A DNA stretch of 63,145 nt, counting the filler, from Octopus bimaculoides (taxonomy: Eukaryota), in assembly GCF_001194135.2 (NCBI RefSeq). It is 6 parts of 5 records of this genome, joined end to end, with 100 filler letters (N's around TTAATTAATTAA, not from the genome) between each part and the next. Parts side by side here need not be neighbours in the genome. Positions count along the whole stretch, not along the records: positions 35,829 to 50,418 come from NC_068992.1; positions 50,519 to 54,131 come from NC_069000.1; 4 more parts are not named here. The stretch is one strand, 5' to 3'. Position 1 is the first letter of the stretch; each line of letters opens with the position of its first letter. Of the stretch, positions 39,601-51,498 are shown piece by piece. The notes beneath the pieces are model-generated. The model was not told where the DNA came from. It saw only the letters and a list, made by a program, of their open reading frames with translations, and made no database searches. The position numbers and the translations under genes are program-made.

Positions 39601-39990
39601 CTAACCGCTCGCTATAAGTAAAATAAAATGCCATATATTTTTCTGCAACTGAAAATTCTGTCTAATAATCATAAAGATCATTGCAACGGCATCTTCACGA
39701 ATGTTTACTACTTGCATTCGTATCATATATTCACTGTCAATTGCAGGCTGAGTTTAAACTGATTAAGTTATTACTAAAAAAAATAAGAAGAAAATTAATC
39801 ATATAAAGTCTTCCTTTCCAAAGTTCTGCTTCCAAAGATCTACGTATGAGAGACACGGTCACAAAGTTCATCATTTACTTGAATGCTTCCATCATAGTCT
39901 TCAAGATAAATCCGCACATACTTTGGATCAAGATGTAGAGATTTAGTTTTGGTATCGTATACTTATAATCAGAATTCCTTTTTCTAATTT
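39601..39990 (-). pseudogene. FN3-like remnant
   Basis: TQPAIDSEYMIRMQVVNIRED at 39753 downward (FN3 pattern PxxxEYxIRVxAVN). Upstream broken frames read YDTKTKSLHLDPKYVRIYLEDYDGSIQVNDELC. Confidence 0.45.
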
Positions 39991-41631
39991 GATACCTGCA
40001 GCATTGATATTGACCTGCTTGAAGTACATTTAATTTATGACATAAATTTCGAAAAATGGGCTGCATGAACAGACTGAAAAAAAAATTGAACTTGAACGAT
40101 CAAATATGATGTTCTAATCCCTTACTTAAGAATATCTACCGACAAAAGTGCGGATATCAGTTGAGCAGTTAACATAGACGTGAATGAACGACTTCCACGC
40201 AACTACGTAATATTCTCTGAAGACGAGTAGTCTTAGTTGAGTGCCACTGTATTTGTTTGCGATTAGAGTTGTGTATTAATTATAGCAATATTGTATCGAT
40301 GCATATAATTCGTGGGAAAATACTTATTTAATGACATAAATGCAGACAAATATTTTGCATCAATAATCAATAGTTAATCAGAATTAACTTCCACTCCTGT
40401 TGACATAAAAATATATATATATATTCCAGACAGCTATTTATGTTGCCAATCCAATTATATATATCTTAAATCTGTGTAGAGATAATAATTACATCATAGT
40501 TTTCATGAAGTTTCTAAATATAATTCAGGCATACAATCATGTAGAATCTTATATTAGTTTTGTTAATTCAATTAGAATTCCGAAACTTCCGTGGTCGAGC
40601 AACACTACGTTCTTAATATGTAAATGGGATGTTATCTTTAATCTTTTAACTATGAAAGTACCAATTGCCCTAGGTAATAATAGTAAAAAAATCATTTCTC
40701 GACACTTTTACACCTTTCCGTGCGGTCGAAATATATTTACCGATATCAGTAGAAATTTTGTAGATTTTCGATGGTCTCAACAATCTATGCCGTCTATATT
40801 TCAAGCTCCATCCTATACTAATTGTTCTGTGTATATAACTTGTTGAGCATCTCGTGTATCTGCAAGTCGAAAGCTTCGCCTGATTATGATTGCATTTTAC
40901 CGTTTGGTTACTATTTGTCAGCATAAATATATCGTTGCACATACCTGTATATTTTCTTGTATCTGTATCAGTCACTGAACTGCTGCCATGCTGTGGCACC
41001 AAGTTAAAGGGATTAGTCGAACTAATAAACCCAATACTATGGAGCTCTTTTGCAGAGATGTAAACAAATCAACAGCAATTATAAAAAAGGAGAGGTTGAA
41101 AAACCTTCTCCATCTCCATATGTATATATATACATACAAACATATATATACATACAAACATATATATATATATATNNNNNNNNNNNNNNNNNNNNNNNNN
41201 NNNNNNNNNNNNNNNNNNNNNNNNNNNNNNNNNNNNNNNNNNNNNNNNNNNNNNNNNNNNNNNNNNNNNNNNNNNNNNNNNNNNNNNNNNNNNNNNNNNN
41301 NNNNNNNNNNNNNNNNNNNNNNNNNNNNNNNNNNNNNNNNNNNNNNNNNNNNNNNNNNNNNNNNNNNNNNNNNNNNNNNNNNNNNNNNNNNNNNNNNNNN
41401 NNNNNNNNNNNNNNNNNNNNNNNNNNNNNNNNNNNNNNNNNNNNNNNNNNNNNNNNNNNNNNNNNNNNTGGCACATTATGTTGGCAAATAAACTTTACTA
41501 TTCGGTACTGTTACCGTATATCTCTTGCTCAGAGATTAAACACATGTTGTTTTTTCTCTTTATATATAAAGACATCTATCTATCTATCTATCTATCTATC
41601 TCTCTGTCTCTCTGTCTCTCTCTCTCTCTCA

Positions 41632-41684
<53 letters not shown>

Positions 41685-42486
41685 CAATATTAGATATGTA
41701 CATATATACACAAGGGCACCACATGAGTACCTACATCGCTAAAAAATAGAAGTAAAAAATGCTTTTGTACCACCGAATAGTCAAACATTTATTACAAACA
41801 TGACACGAAAAAGTATCAGTGAACAATAATAACGTCTTACCTCTACTGTCTCAGAACAAGTAAATGCTGGTCATCTTGTTACCGGTTTCGAAATTTAGCT
41901 CTAAATAGGTGCCTGATTTCTCATCAGCCAAAGTCTGCCAGCTAATTACTACTAAAATTCTTTCCCATATGAGGACAAAGTTCCTTTGAATTGACCTATC
42001 ACTATAGGAACAAACGAAATGTGTAAGATTATTTATAAATAAATATAGGGATGCCCCTTGTGTATATATGTTCATATCTAATATTGTATGTATATATTTT
42101 ATCAATTTGCCTGTACGGCTCATGATTCGCTTGCCACTCGTGATGGTATTTGAATAATACCCTTCCTATATTTAATCCTGACGATTAAAAAGTGTATTTT
42201 GTGCACTAATTATGAAATCATAAGTTCTGCAGGTGAATCTGTATTTAAAAGTCTTGTTTCGAAAGTTTCATTCTCTAGCGATCGGTACGATGTGTTTATT
42301 ATGGTAGTTTTGACGTAAAGCGTCCCTACTAGCGTGAGGCATTTATGTATAGTAATGCCTTTAATAGAAATAAATATATTTAAAGGGAATAATTAAATTA
42401 ATTACTTTTTTCCCTTATGAGGCTTTTGACGCTAACTACTTGATAAATTCTTACAAAGATTTTATCCTATTTTTAAATTGTATATA

Positions 42487-42522
<36 letters not shown>

Positions 42523-43754
42523 TGTATGTATTATGTATGCATGCATGTATGTATGTATATATGTACATACAGAGAGAGAAAGAGAGTGAAAGAGAGTGTG
42601 ATATATAGATAGTGGAACAGACAGACAAGGAGATAATGACAGACACGTGTATGCGTGTGTGTATTGTTATACGAAATTGTTTATATTGTTGTGCATGTCT
42701 GAACAGATATTTTCTTTTGCTAAAAGAATAGAACTATAATAGATCATGTCTCTATTCCTGCATGAGTAAGTATCACCATTAATTCTGTATTTTCTATATG
42801 TGTATTTCAACATTATCCAATTTTTGATGATAGATATCTTATTTAAAACCGAAATAACATGACCTGAATATAGTTTGACGTCAGTGGATTCTTTTGAAAC
42901 AACAATTTAAGTATTGATTCATTGAAAATACTCTATTTAATGTCAGGAATATTGGAAGAAAGATTTTAGACATTTTTTTTTATACATAAATACCTTTGCC
43001 GCTAGAGGCCGAAATTCAGGATGTTTGCCTATATATTATAATTTTTGTTTTCATTATTTATTCGTCAATTACCTGTAGAAATTCGCTGCAAATATCTTCT
43101 CCCAGTCTCCCGGCGCCATTATTTGCTTTTCTTTAAAGTAAATTACGTTAACTCTTAACACAAACTAATAATACGGTAACTTAGAGCAAAATGAGTTATA
43201 TATAAATTAGCGTTCGAGAGACTGCTTTCATGTTAAAAAGTTTTTGCTATTGATAGACATCAACGAAGCGTAATTTTGTATAGGAGATGGAGATTAATTG
43301 AGCAGTAATTGTTGACATGTATATATTTATATTTTCTCGATCAAGGATAGAGTGCATGAAGAAAATATATCCGAAATGCTCACTTAGTTTTAATTGGCAT
43401 CTTAGGTAAACGCCTGATATCTTAATATAAATTATGAAATGGATCACTGGAAATTGCTTTTGCACGAGTGTTTGTAAAGAAATACAATATTGTCAAGTTT
43501 GCTATCATTTCTTCCTTAAATCCATCATCATGATCATCATCATTATCATCATGATCTTCTACTTCCTCCCCCTCCCCCNNNNNNNNNNNNNNNNNNNNNN
43601 NNNNNNNNNNNNNNNNNNNNNNNNNNNNNNNNNNNNNNNNNNNNNNNNNNNNNNNNNNNNNNNNNNNNNNNNNNNNNNNNNNNNNNNNNNNNNNNNNNNN
43701 NNNNNNNNNNNNNNNNNNNNNNNNNNNNNNNNNNNNNNNNNNNNNNNNNNNNNN

Positions 43755-43790
<36 letters not shown>

Positions 43791-43807
43791 TGGGTGTGTG
43801 TGTGTGC

Positions 43808-44604
43808 GTGCATGTTAACTAACTGTGAACGTTTTAGCTCACTTCTGCTCTTTACATCATTGCTTGGAATGAACGTGTGTAGCGTGTGATCATCACATTG
43901 ACAATGACAGAGAAAGTTACCATGGTGACTCCTGCTCAGAAGCCTATGCAACATTGCAGAAAGCGTATGGAGAGGAGTGTATGAGCCGCCCACAAACGTA
44001 AAAGTATTTCAGACGTTTTCAAAATGGCCGAAAAACTGTCGATGAAGACGAACGTCCTGGGAGACTTGCAATCAGTGGAACTGAAAAAAACATTGCAGAA
44101 ATTCTTGCTGCTATGAGAAGAAATTGTGTCATCATCTGTGAGTTATCAAAGAATGCGCAGATTAGTTAAGGTTCAGTTCAGTGCATTATCACTGAAGTTT
44201 TGGGAATGAGAGGCGTGTCAGCCAAGTTTGTGTCAAAACTGCTTTCAGCTGACCAAATAGATACTCGGATTTCAGTCGGACAAGATCTCATTGACTATGT
44301 CGAAAACGATGAAAACTCTTTTGAAAAGTTTGCTTAGACTTCTGAGCAGGTATGGCGTAGCTTTTGTCAAAATTTCATGCAGATTCTCTGCTCAACGTTC
44401 TCTGTCATGTTCAATGCGATGATCACACGCTACGCACCTTCTTTCCAAGCACTGCTAGGAACAGCAGGAGTGAGATAGAACGTTAAAATTTAGTGCGCAT
44501 GCACAACAGAGGCCAACGTCAATCTGTGCGAAGGAGCTTTACTCTGCGTACATCAGCTTCATTACTATGGCAGCAGCTCGGATATTTATTGATCAGAACA
44601 CGTA
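43808..44604. mobile_element. Mariner derivative made of two convergent 5' halves (long inverted termini)
   Basis: The plus strand at 43930-44330 encodes SCSEAYATLQKAYGEECMSRPQT*KYFRRFQNGRKTVDEDERPGR...LGMRGVSAKFVSKLL. The minus strand from 44604 has a TIR (TACGTGTTCTGATCAATAAATATCCG), the same 5' UTR and MTENVEQRICMKF. Confidence 0.82.
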
Positions 44605-44733
44605 TTCACTTTACTGTAATTGTTGAGACAGACATACCTAAATTCGTAAAAAAAATTAATCATTTTATTAATTAAATACATACATAGACACACATGTATA
44701 TTTATTACGTATATCTGTTATATATGGCCATTA

Positions 44734-44767
<34 letters not shown>

Positions 44768-46902
44768 ATATATATATATATATATATANNNNNNNNNNNN
44801 NNNNNNNNNNNNNNNNNNNNNNNNNNNNNNNNNNNNNNNNNNNNNNNNNNNNNNNNNNNNNNNNNNNNNNNNNNNNNNNNNNNNNNNNNNNNNNNNNNNN
44901 NNNNNNNNNNNNNNNNNNNNNNNNNNNNNNNNNNNNNNNNNNNNNNNNNNNNNNNNNNNNNNNNNNNNNNNNNNNNNNNNNNNNNNNNNNNNNNNNNNNN
45001 NNNNNNNNNNNNNNNNNNNNNNNNNNNNNNNNNNNNNNNNNNNNNNNNNNNNNNNNNNNNNNNNNNNNNNNNTATATATATATATATATATATATGCATG
45101 TAATTGCTTATATGCATACATCTAGAGTCATACATATACATGGCGACTGAAGAAAGGAAACGCTAAATGTATATATCCACCTAAGCCTGTAAACGCACAT
45201 ATTCGTTTTCAGCATACATATATATGTATGTGTGTGTGTGTGTGTGTATGTGTGTGTGTATACATTTATTGTTTATATATATATATATGCGGATATATAT
45301 CCTGTGTCTTTACACTCTTGCTGCAGTATACACATATACACATACAGGTGGTATGAGAATCGTTCATCAAATATATTTTAATATACTCGATGGCGTACGC
45401 AATAATTATATTACCACGCACAAAAGGATGAAAAGCAATTTTCTTTGCGTTTGGATGTGAGCCCAAAATTCTTAGAAGGCAATAATCTCAAGAATATCAT
45501 TATTGTGTGTAGCTGAATGTTCTGTTCTGTATCATCAAATGTTCGTCCCTCTTCAGCATCTATTTTAAATTGCTTTGTTGCTTAGATATTCTTCAACGCA
45601 CCTTTCGTTTCCATCGTGCTACTTGCATGACTGCGTTTTTTAATAGATTTACCTGTTTTGCATATCTGATTTCCTTGCTTTTGAGTAGTTAAACGATGTT
45701 TGAAATATTCAAAATCGATTTAGAGACAAAAAGTAGTTGAATTTCTGAGAATTTCATAAGAAAAAAGAAAAGAAATTGTTTGTAAAGACTTAAACACGTG
45801 ATTCGCCAATTTTTCTTAGCCACGGCTTTATTACAATACAATAACTTGGCTGCTTTTAATAAAACGCACCCAACTCAATTAGAATTGACATTTATTGTAC
45901 ATAGAATTGAAATTAACATTTCGCAATTTGCCGTGAAATTACATAAATATTTTCGTCTTGCTAAGTATCTTTCATAAAATCGTGCAGTTCTTGTGAGCGA
46001 AGAAAAAAGAGAGAGAGTAAAACCGGAGAGATATAAAACTATTAAATGCTAAAAAGAAAATAGAAAGAGATGGGAAGAGGCTAAATTGAAATAACGAAGT
46101 AGACAAATAAATTAAAGAATTCAAAAGAAGAAACGAGAGAAGCAACGGAAAGAGAGGGGAAAATGAGAATGAAAGAGATAAAGCATATAATACCAAAACC
46201 AGACTAGAGTTTTTTATGAGATATTTTGTTTTCCTTTTAACTTGAAATATTTGAATTTTAATCCTTTCTGTGTATTACACGCACCTGTATACGCATGTAC
46301 TCATTTATAAACACCCACATATATTTAAACTGGTAACCTTCTGTTTCATTGGATTTGGCTAAGAAACGGTAACGAAACATTATGAAGTGCTAACGATTAT
46401 TTAACATAAAATGAAATTATCTTACGGCGATAAAATCATTTACAATATTTAAAATTATTATTGAAATAGATTTCTGTGCCCAGTGTTTCTGTGCCCAGGA
46501 TCACCCAACATATGAGATTTAGCAAATACTTATAGCTTCCAACTCACATTGCAAATTTATTACTATTTATGTCGTCGTATTTTCATTATTCAAAATAATA
46601 GTGTTGTAGATCTATCTGTTTTTTAAAAATAATATATTGATTCTATACATTTTAACATTTTCCTACATTCTAGCAATATTATTAGTATTTCTCATTATGT
46701 GAGAAATACTGACAACAATGCATGTAAACCAATCAGTAGTTGTCTCCCCCAAACAAACTTGATGCCACAAAATAGGTATTTAAAAAAATGTTTAACTAAT
46801 ATGTTAATGGTTACAAGCTGGTTTCTAAGTATTTGAGAAAAGTTCTATATTGCTTTTCTTTCTCTAAGCTACTCTAATCTTTGTATGTCAATATATTAAA
46901 AG

Positions 46903-47345
46903 CGCTGAGCTGGCAGAATCATTAGCACGCCGGGCAAAATACTTCGCGGCTTTTTCTCCGTCTTTACGTTCTGTGTTCAAATTCCGCCAAAGTCGACTTT
47001 GCTTTCATACTTTCGGGACCGATCTAAATAAGTACTTGTGAAACTCTAGGGTCAATGTAATAGACTTAGCCCTTCCCACGGACTTGCTAGCCTTATGCCA
47101 TAATTCGAAACCAATTCGAATGATTATATTAGGACAGCGAGCTGACAGAATCGTTAGCAAGTCGGACAAAATGCTTAACGGTATTTCGTCCATCTTCAAC
47201 GGTATTTCGTCCATCTTCACGTCCTAAGTTCAAATTCCGTCGAGGCCGAATTAACCATTCATCATTTCAGGGTCGACAAAGTGTATACAAGTTGGGCACT
47301 GAGATCGATGTAATCGAATTATTCTCTATCGCGAAATTACAGGAT
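46903..47345 (+). mobile_element. Two tandem SINE family B copies (the second with a 21-bp internal duplication)
   Basis: GAGCTGGCAGAATC...GTTCAAATTCCGCC...GTCGACTTTGC appears twice. AACGGTATTTCGTCCATCTTC is duplicated at 47178-47219. Confidence 0.8.
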
Positions 47346-47587
47346 GTGTCTCATAATTTGAAAGAATATGAACAATTATATTAATCGTCCTGAGTCCGAA
47401 ATCATTCTCAGCTTGATTTACTTACAAGAAGGCGCATCAGCACCTTCTTGTAAATTTCCATTGCCTTTGTTCTCCAGTGAATTATTGTAACACTGAGCAG
47501 ATCCCACCCAACAAAACTTAGATGAAAATGCCTTATTCTCAAACAAACTAGAAATGATTATTATGATATATGCTGTACCGCCTCGCA

Positions 47588-47805
47588 TGAGGGTGACTTG
47601 AAAAGTTCCTGGAGTTAAGGGTCTCACGAAAGGCCTGGTTGGAGGCCCAACCTTCCGAATTGTTTCAAAGGGCTGAGAAAAACTGAAGGATCACTGCAGT
47701 AAGTGAATCTCAGAGGGGGAATATGGTGAATAAAATCATAATTAACTGATCTTCTTCTATTCTCTTTTACCTCAAACCAGGAATTTTTCATTACCCCACC
47801 TCGTA
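47588..47805 (+). mobile_element. Mariner-derived MITE
   Basis: TIRs are TGAGGGTGACTTGAAAAGTTCCTGG and CCAGGAATTTTTCATTACCCCACCTCG|TA. The interior retains a KGLRKTEGSLQ/RGEYGE-like transposase C-terminal trace. Confidence 0.72.
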
Positions 47806-48211
47806 ATACGTAAACATTATTCTCTTTAATCTTTTATTATTTTACTTTTTTCAGTCATTTCACTGCGGTCATGGTAGGGTACCGCCTTTTGGGTAATTAT
47901 TTTATTAATGCCTTGTTTATCTCTGTAATGAATTTCGTGTTGTAACCGTTTTAAAAATGTTGTGGTTTTATAGAATGAATGCTTGTTTTAAAGCTTTTCT
48001 AGCAGAATGTGTGTTTTTCATTTTATTGATTCCGTTAATCCTGTTATTAGAGTAAACAGAAGAACTGGCACCCATTAAAGTTACACTCTATTGTGAATAT
48101 CTGAATGGTAGTCGCCTGAGCTGTACAGAACGAAATTAGAGAAACTGACATAACATAAGTGAAAGTACGCGCGCTCACTCACAATAAAAATATATATAAT
48201 TCAAATATAAT

Positions 48212-48844
48212 TTGTATATGCAAGAGTATGAATCTGCGAGTGATCGAAATACTACAGTTTGTAACGGCAAGGAGATAACATTAATAAACTCGTACGGTAT
48301 AATGAACTCAGTTCTTAATATAAAAATTGTTGAAACGTTAGCACGCCGGGCGAAATGCTTAGCAGTATTTCGTCTGCCTTTACGTTCTGAGTTCAAATTC
48401 TGCCGAGCTCGACTTTGCCTTTCATCCTATCAAGGCCGATAAGTTAAGTACCAATCGACTGGCCCCCACTCCCCCAAACTTCCAGGCCTTGTTCCTAGAG
48501 TAGAAAATAATATATAAATTGCTGATTTTGTTCATTTTGAATTCCGTTTTTTACTTTTGAAAACCTTTTTCGCCGAACTCAACGTTATGAATGAATTCGT
48601 CTTCTACGGGACACTGCAGTTTAAGCGAATCTGTGTGTTACAATCGCGGTATATTGAACCGATCCCTGAGAGACATATCCTGCTTATTAACGATATCTAT
48701 ATACAACTGACCAACGACTCGGGACACAACAATGAAAGGCAAACAATACCACAGCAGCTAATCAATACATTTTTCAACCATCAAAGCCACAACCCTCTTC
48801 GTCCGAATTGTGTTCAATCCACATACAATTTTGTAAAACTATAG
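48212..48844 (+). pseudogene. Degenerate coding remnant, apparently paralogous to 50060-50351 and split by a SINE
   Basis: ITLINSYG, NVMNEFVFYGTLQF, ICVL and IYIQLTNDS mirror YNFIESYG, NVRVNEYV..SGTLQW, KCVI and VFVEPTNDS. Confidence 0.35.
48335..48505 (+). mobile_element. SINE family B
   Basis: CGTTAGCACGCCGGGCGAAATGCTTAGC...GAGTTCAAATTCTGCC. Confidence 0.85.
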
Positions 48845-48984
48845 CTAGCTCACTGACATCATTACTTGCTATGTTCCAACTTAAGCCTCCAAAGATGGTG
48901 TTTAACATTTCATTATTCATGAATGTTACTCATATTATGAGCCCAACTACGTCAACTTTACCAACACAAAAACCTATTGTTCAG

Positions 48985-49085
48985 AAATGCCAGGAGTGAC
49001 AGCGCCGGAATCTCAACTCAGAACATACAGAAAGTAATGTCGTAAAATAGTTTGTTCGCGATGCTAACAATTCTGCCAGCTCACC
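48985..49085 (-). mobile_element. SINE family B 5' part (degenerate)
   Basis: The minus strand reads GGTGAGCTGGCAGAATTGTTAGCATCG...GTTCTGAGTTGAGATTCC. Confidence 0.65.
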
Positions 49086-50059
49086 AACTTAATATTCTTT
49101 TTTTCTACAGCCATCTTCCCATGATACCCTTTTCACTCGCCCGCATGCAGTTACACACTCAGCCTCAACGTCCATGCATTCTGAGTCACCGTAGCTCATT
49201 TTTCGTTTCATCCTCAAACATAGATACACACACACATACACACATACATACATACATACATACATACATACATACATACATACATACATACATACATACA
49301 TACATACATACATACAAATGCTTGTATGTGAGTGTATGAGTGCGTGAACCAAAGTTTCAGAGCAGAATATATATTGTAGTGACATAGATTACCACTTAAC
49401 AAGATATATTTGATCGCATATCCATATGAATATATACACAGAATGTTTATTTAAGTTATGCAATTCATACGCACAAACGCCACACACAAACTTACGCTAA
49501 CAGTTATATCTTTAGGCACGCATTCACACGAACATGCACATTGTAATATAATGGTTTGCTCTATATTTGGGGAAGTGCAGAGAAGATTAGATATTTTTTA
49601 AATATTCTCTGCAATTACACCTACAGTATGACCTTGCTACAATCTCCTAAATTCTCGGCAATTCATTTGTAAATTTTCTCATTAGATTTTTAATTTTCTG
49701 ATAATGTTGCATGTTTACTTAATTCTTAAATTCTTAATCATTAATTCATAATCTTCAATTAATTTTGGTCATAACATTAAATGAATCAACAAAATTAAAA
49801 TTTAACTTCCAATTAAATTTTTGGATCCACACAATACAAATAGATGCATATCGACAATAGCGAAAAGATGAGATATTGATTAATAGATAGGCATACTGAC
49901 AAAAACATAGGCATATAAACTGGAATGTTAATGCATACATAGAATTATAGGATTATATTATCACCTCATTATATGTGCATATATGTGTGTCTGTATGTGA
50001 GTATATTACTGCGGGCATCAATACAAACAAGGCACCCACAAGCACTCGCAAACACACAC

Positions 50060-50351
50060 ATATAATTATGGAGGACGTAGCCATCTCGATTTCGCGCATT
50101 GCCATCACTTGACTTTTCTCTGAAATATTAATATCACTTATTTTCAAACATAAAAATGTGTTATTGATGGACGCTCCCAGCAACAAGTATTTGTTGAACC
50201 TACTAACGATTCTGACACGTATAACTTCATTGAATCATATGGCTTTTCACTGAATGGCCCGCCAAAGAACGTAAGAGTTAATGAATATGTTGATAGTGAT
50301 GCTTCTTCAGGATTTACTTCAGGAACTTTGCAGTGGCAGTTAGGACATTAA
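50060..50351 (+). pseudogene. FN3-like remnant spanning a domain junction
   Basis: One frame reads LTFL*NINITYFQT*KCVIDGRSQQQVFVEPTNDSDTYNFIESYGFSLNGPPKNVRVNEYVDSDASSGFTSGTLQWQLGH*. It is open from 50154 to 50348. Confidence 0.5.
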
Positions 50352-50518
50352 TATGTATATATATGTCCTGTTAAGTTCACCTCTTTTGTGTATATATATG
50401 TACACTAATTATATATATNNNNNNNNNNNNNNNNNNNNNNNNNNNNNNNNNNNNNNNNNNNNTTAATTAATTAANNNNNNNNNNNNNNNNNNNNNNNNNN
50501 NNNNNNNNNNNNNNNNNN

Positions 50519-50566
<48 letters not shown>

Positions 50567-50594
50567 TGATGATGATGATGATGATGATGATGAC

Positions 50595-51140
50595 AATGAT
50601 GATAAATGCCCTGATGCAATATCATGCAGTGGCTCTCATAACTTCTGATCTTAACTGATTGGGAGTGTTATGTACATGATATTCTACTCAATACCACAGA
50701 TTTGCTCGTCCGTTGCTTGACCTTAACCAGTTGAGCATGTACCTTAGTGGCTGACGATATGTTCTTCTCTGATCACGACTAAGAATAGTAGGGGAGCATC
50801 ATAGCTATATGTCGAGAAGAATTCTTTGGAGTTTGAATAATTCATCTCTGGAAATATGGGTGTTTCGTTCGTCATCCTTAAACAAACCTTATTCAGGGAC
50901 CTTTTGAGTAGGATGGGCTATTCGATCAGAAGAATATTCTAACTGGGCCCCACCTGCAAGGACATGCACTATTTATCTTGATATAAAAATCACCATGTTC
51001 ATTACATATGGCTGTAATGCATGTGCCTGGTGTACCCTTATCAGACGGGTAGTCATGATAGGTGTAATGGGCTTCGTATATTTGTACACCTGTGTTACTT
51101 TGATGGCTTATGCTGCTCTCTCACTCAACAATAATAATAA
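50595..51140 (+). mobile_element. Probable LINE 3' end or SINE-like interspersed repeat with (AAT)n tail
   Basis: A GC-richer block bounded by (GAT)n and a 3' (AAT)n tail. Family not identified. Confidence 0.4.
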
Positions 51141-51498
51141 TAAACACCTAAATTACTGAAACCAACAATCAATAGTGTGTTGTTGTTAATGTTGTTGATG
51201 ATCAGCCAACCTTACTTCATGGAATCTATGATTAAAAATGTTCCAATGTTAAGCAGTTTCTTCTTTTCTCAGTATATCTCAGACTACCTAATCTAATGTC
51301 TTTATGTTGGTAGCGTGAAGTTATAAAGATTTGGTTGGTATTTCTAGCAGATCACGTGAGCATATAAAGGATTCTTCTTTTCATCCGGACAGTTCGGGTA
51401 TTGGGCATTGGGACTCAGGGCAAATGCTTATAAGAAGGGTGAAGTATATATACATACATATATACATGCATGCATGCATGCATACATACATACATATA

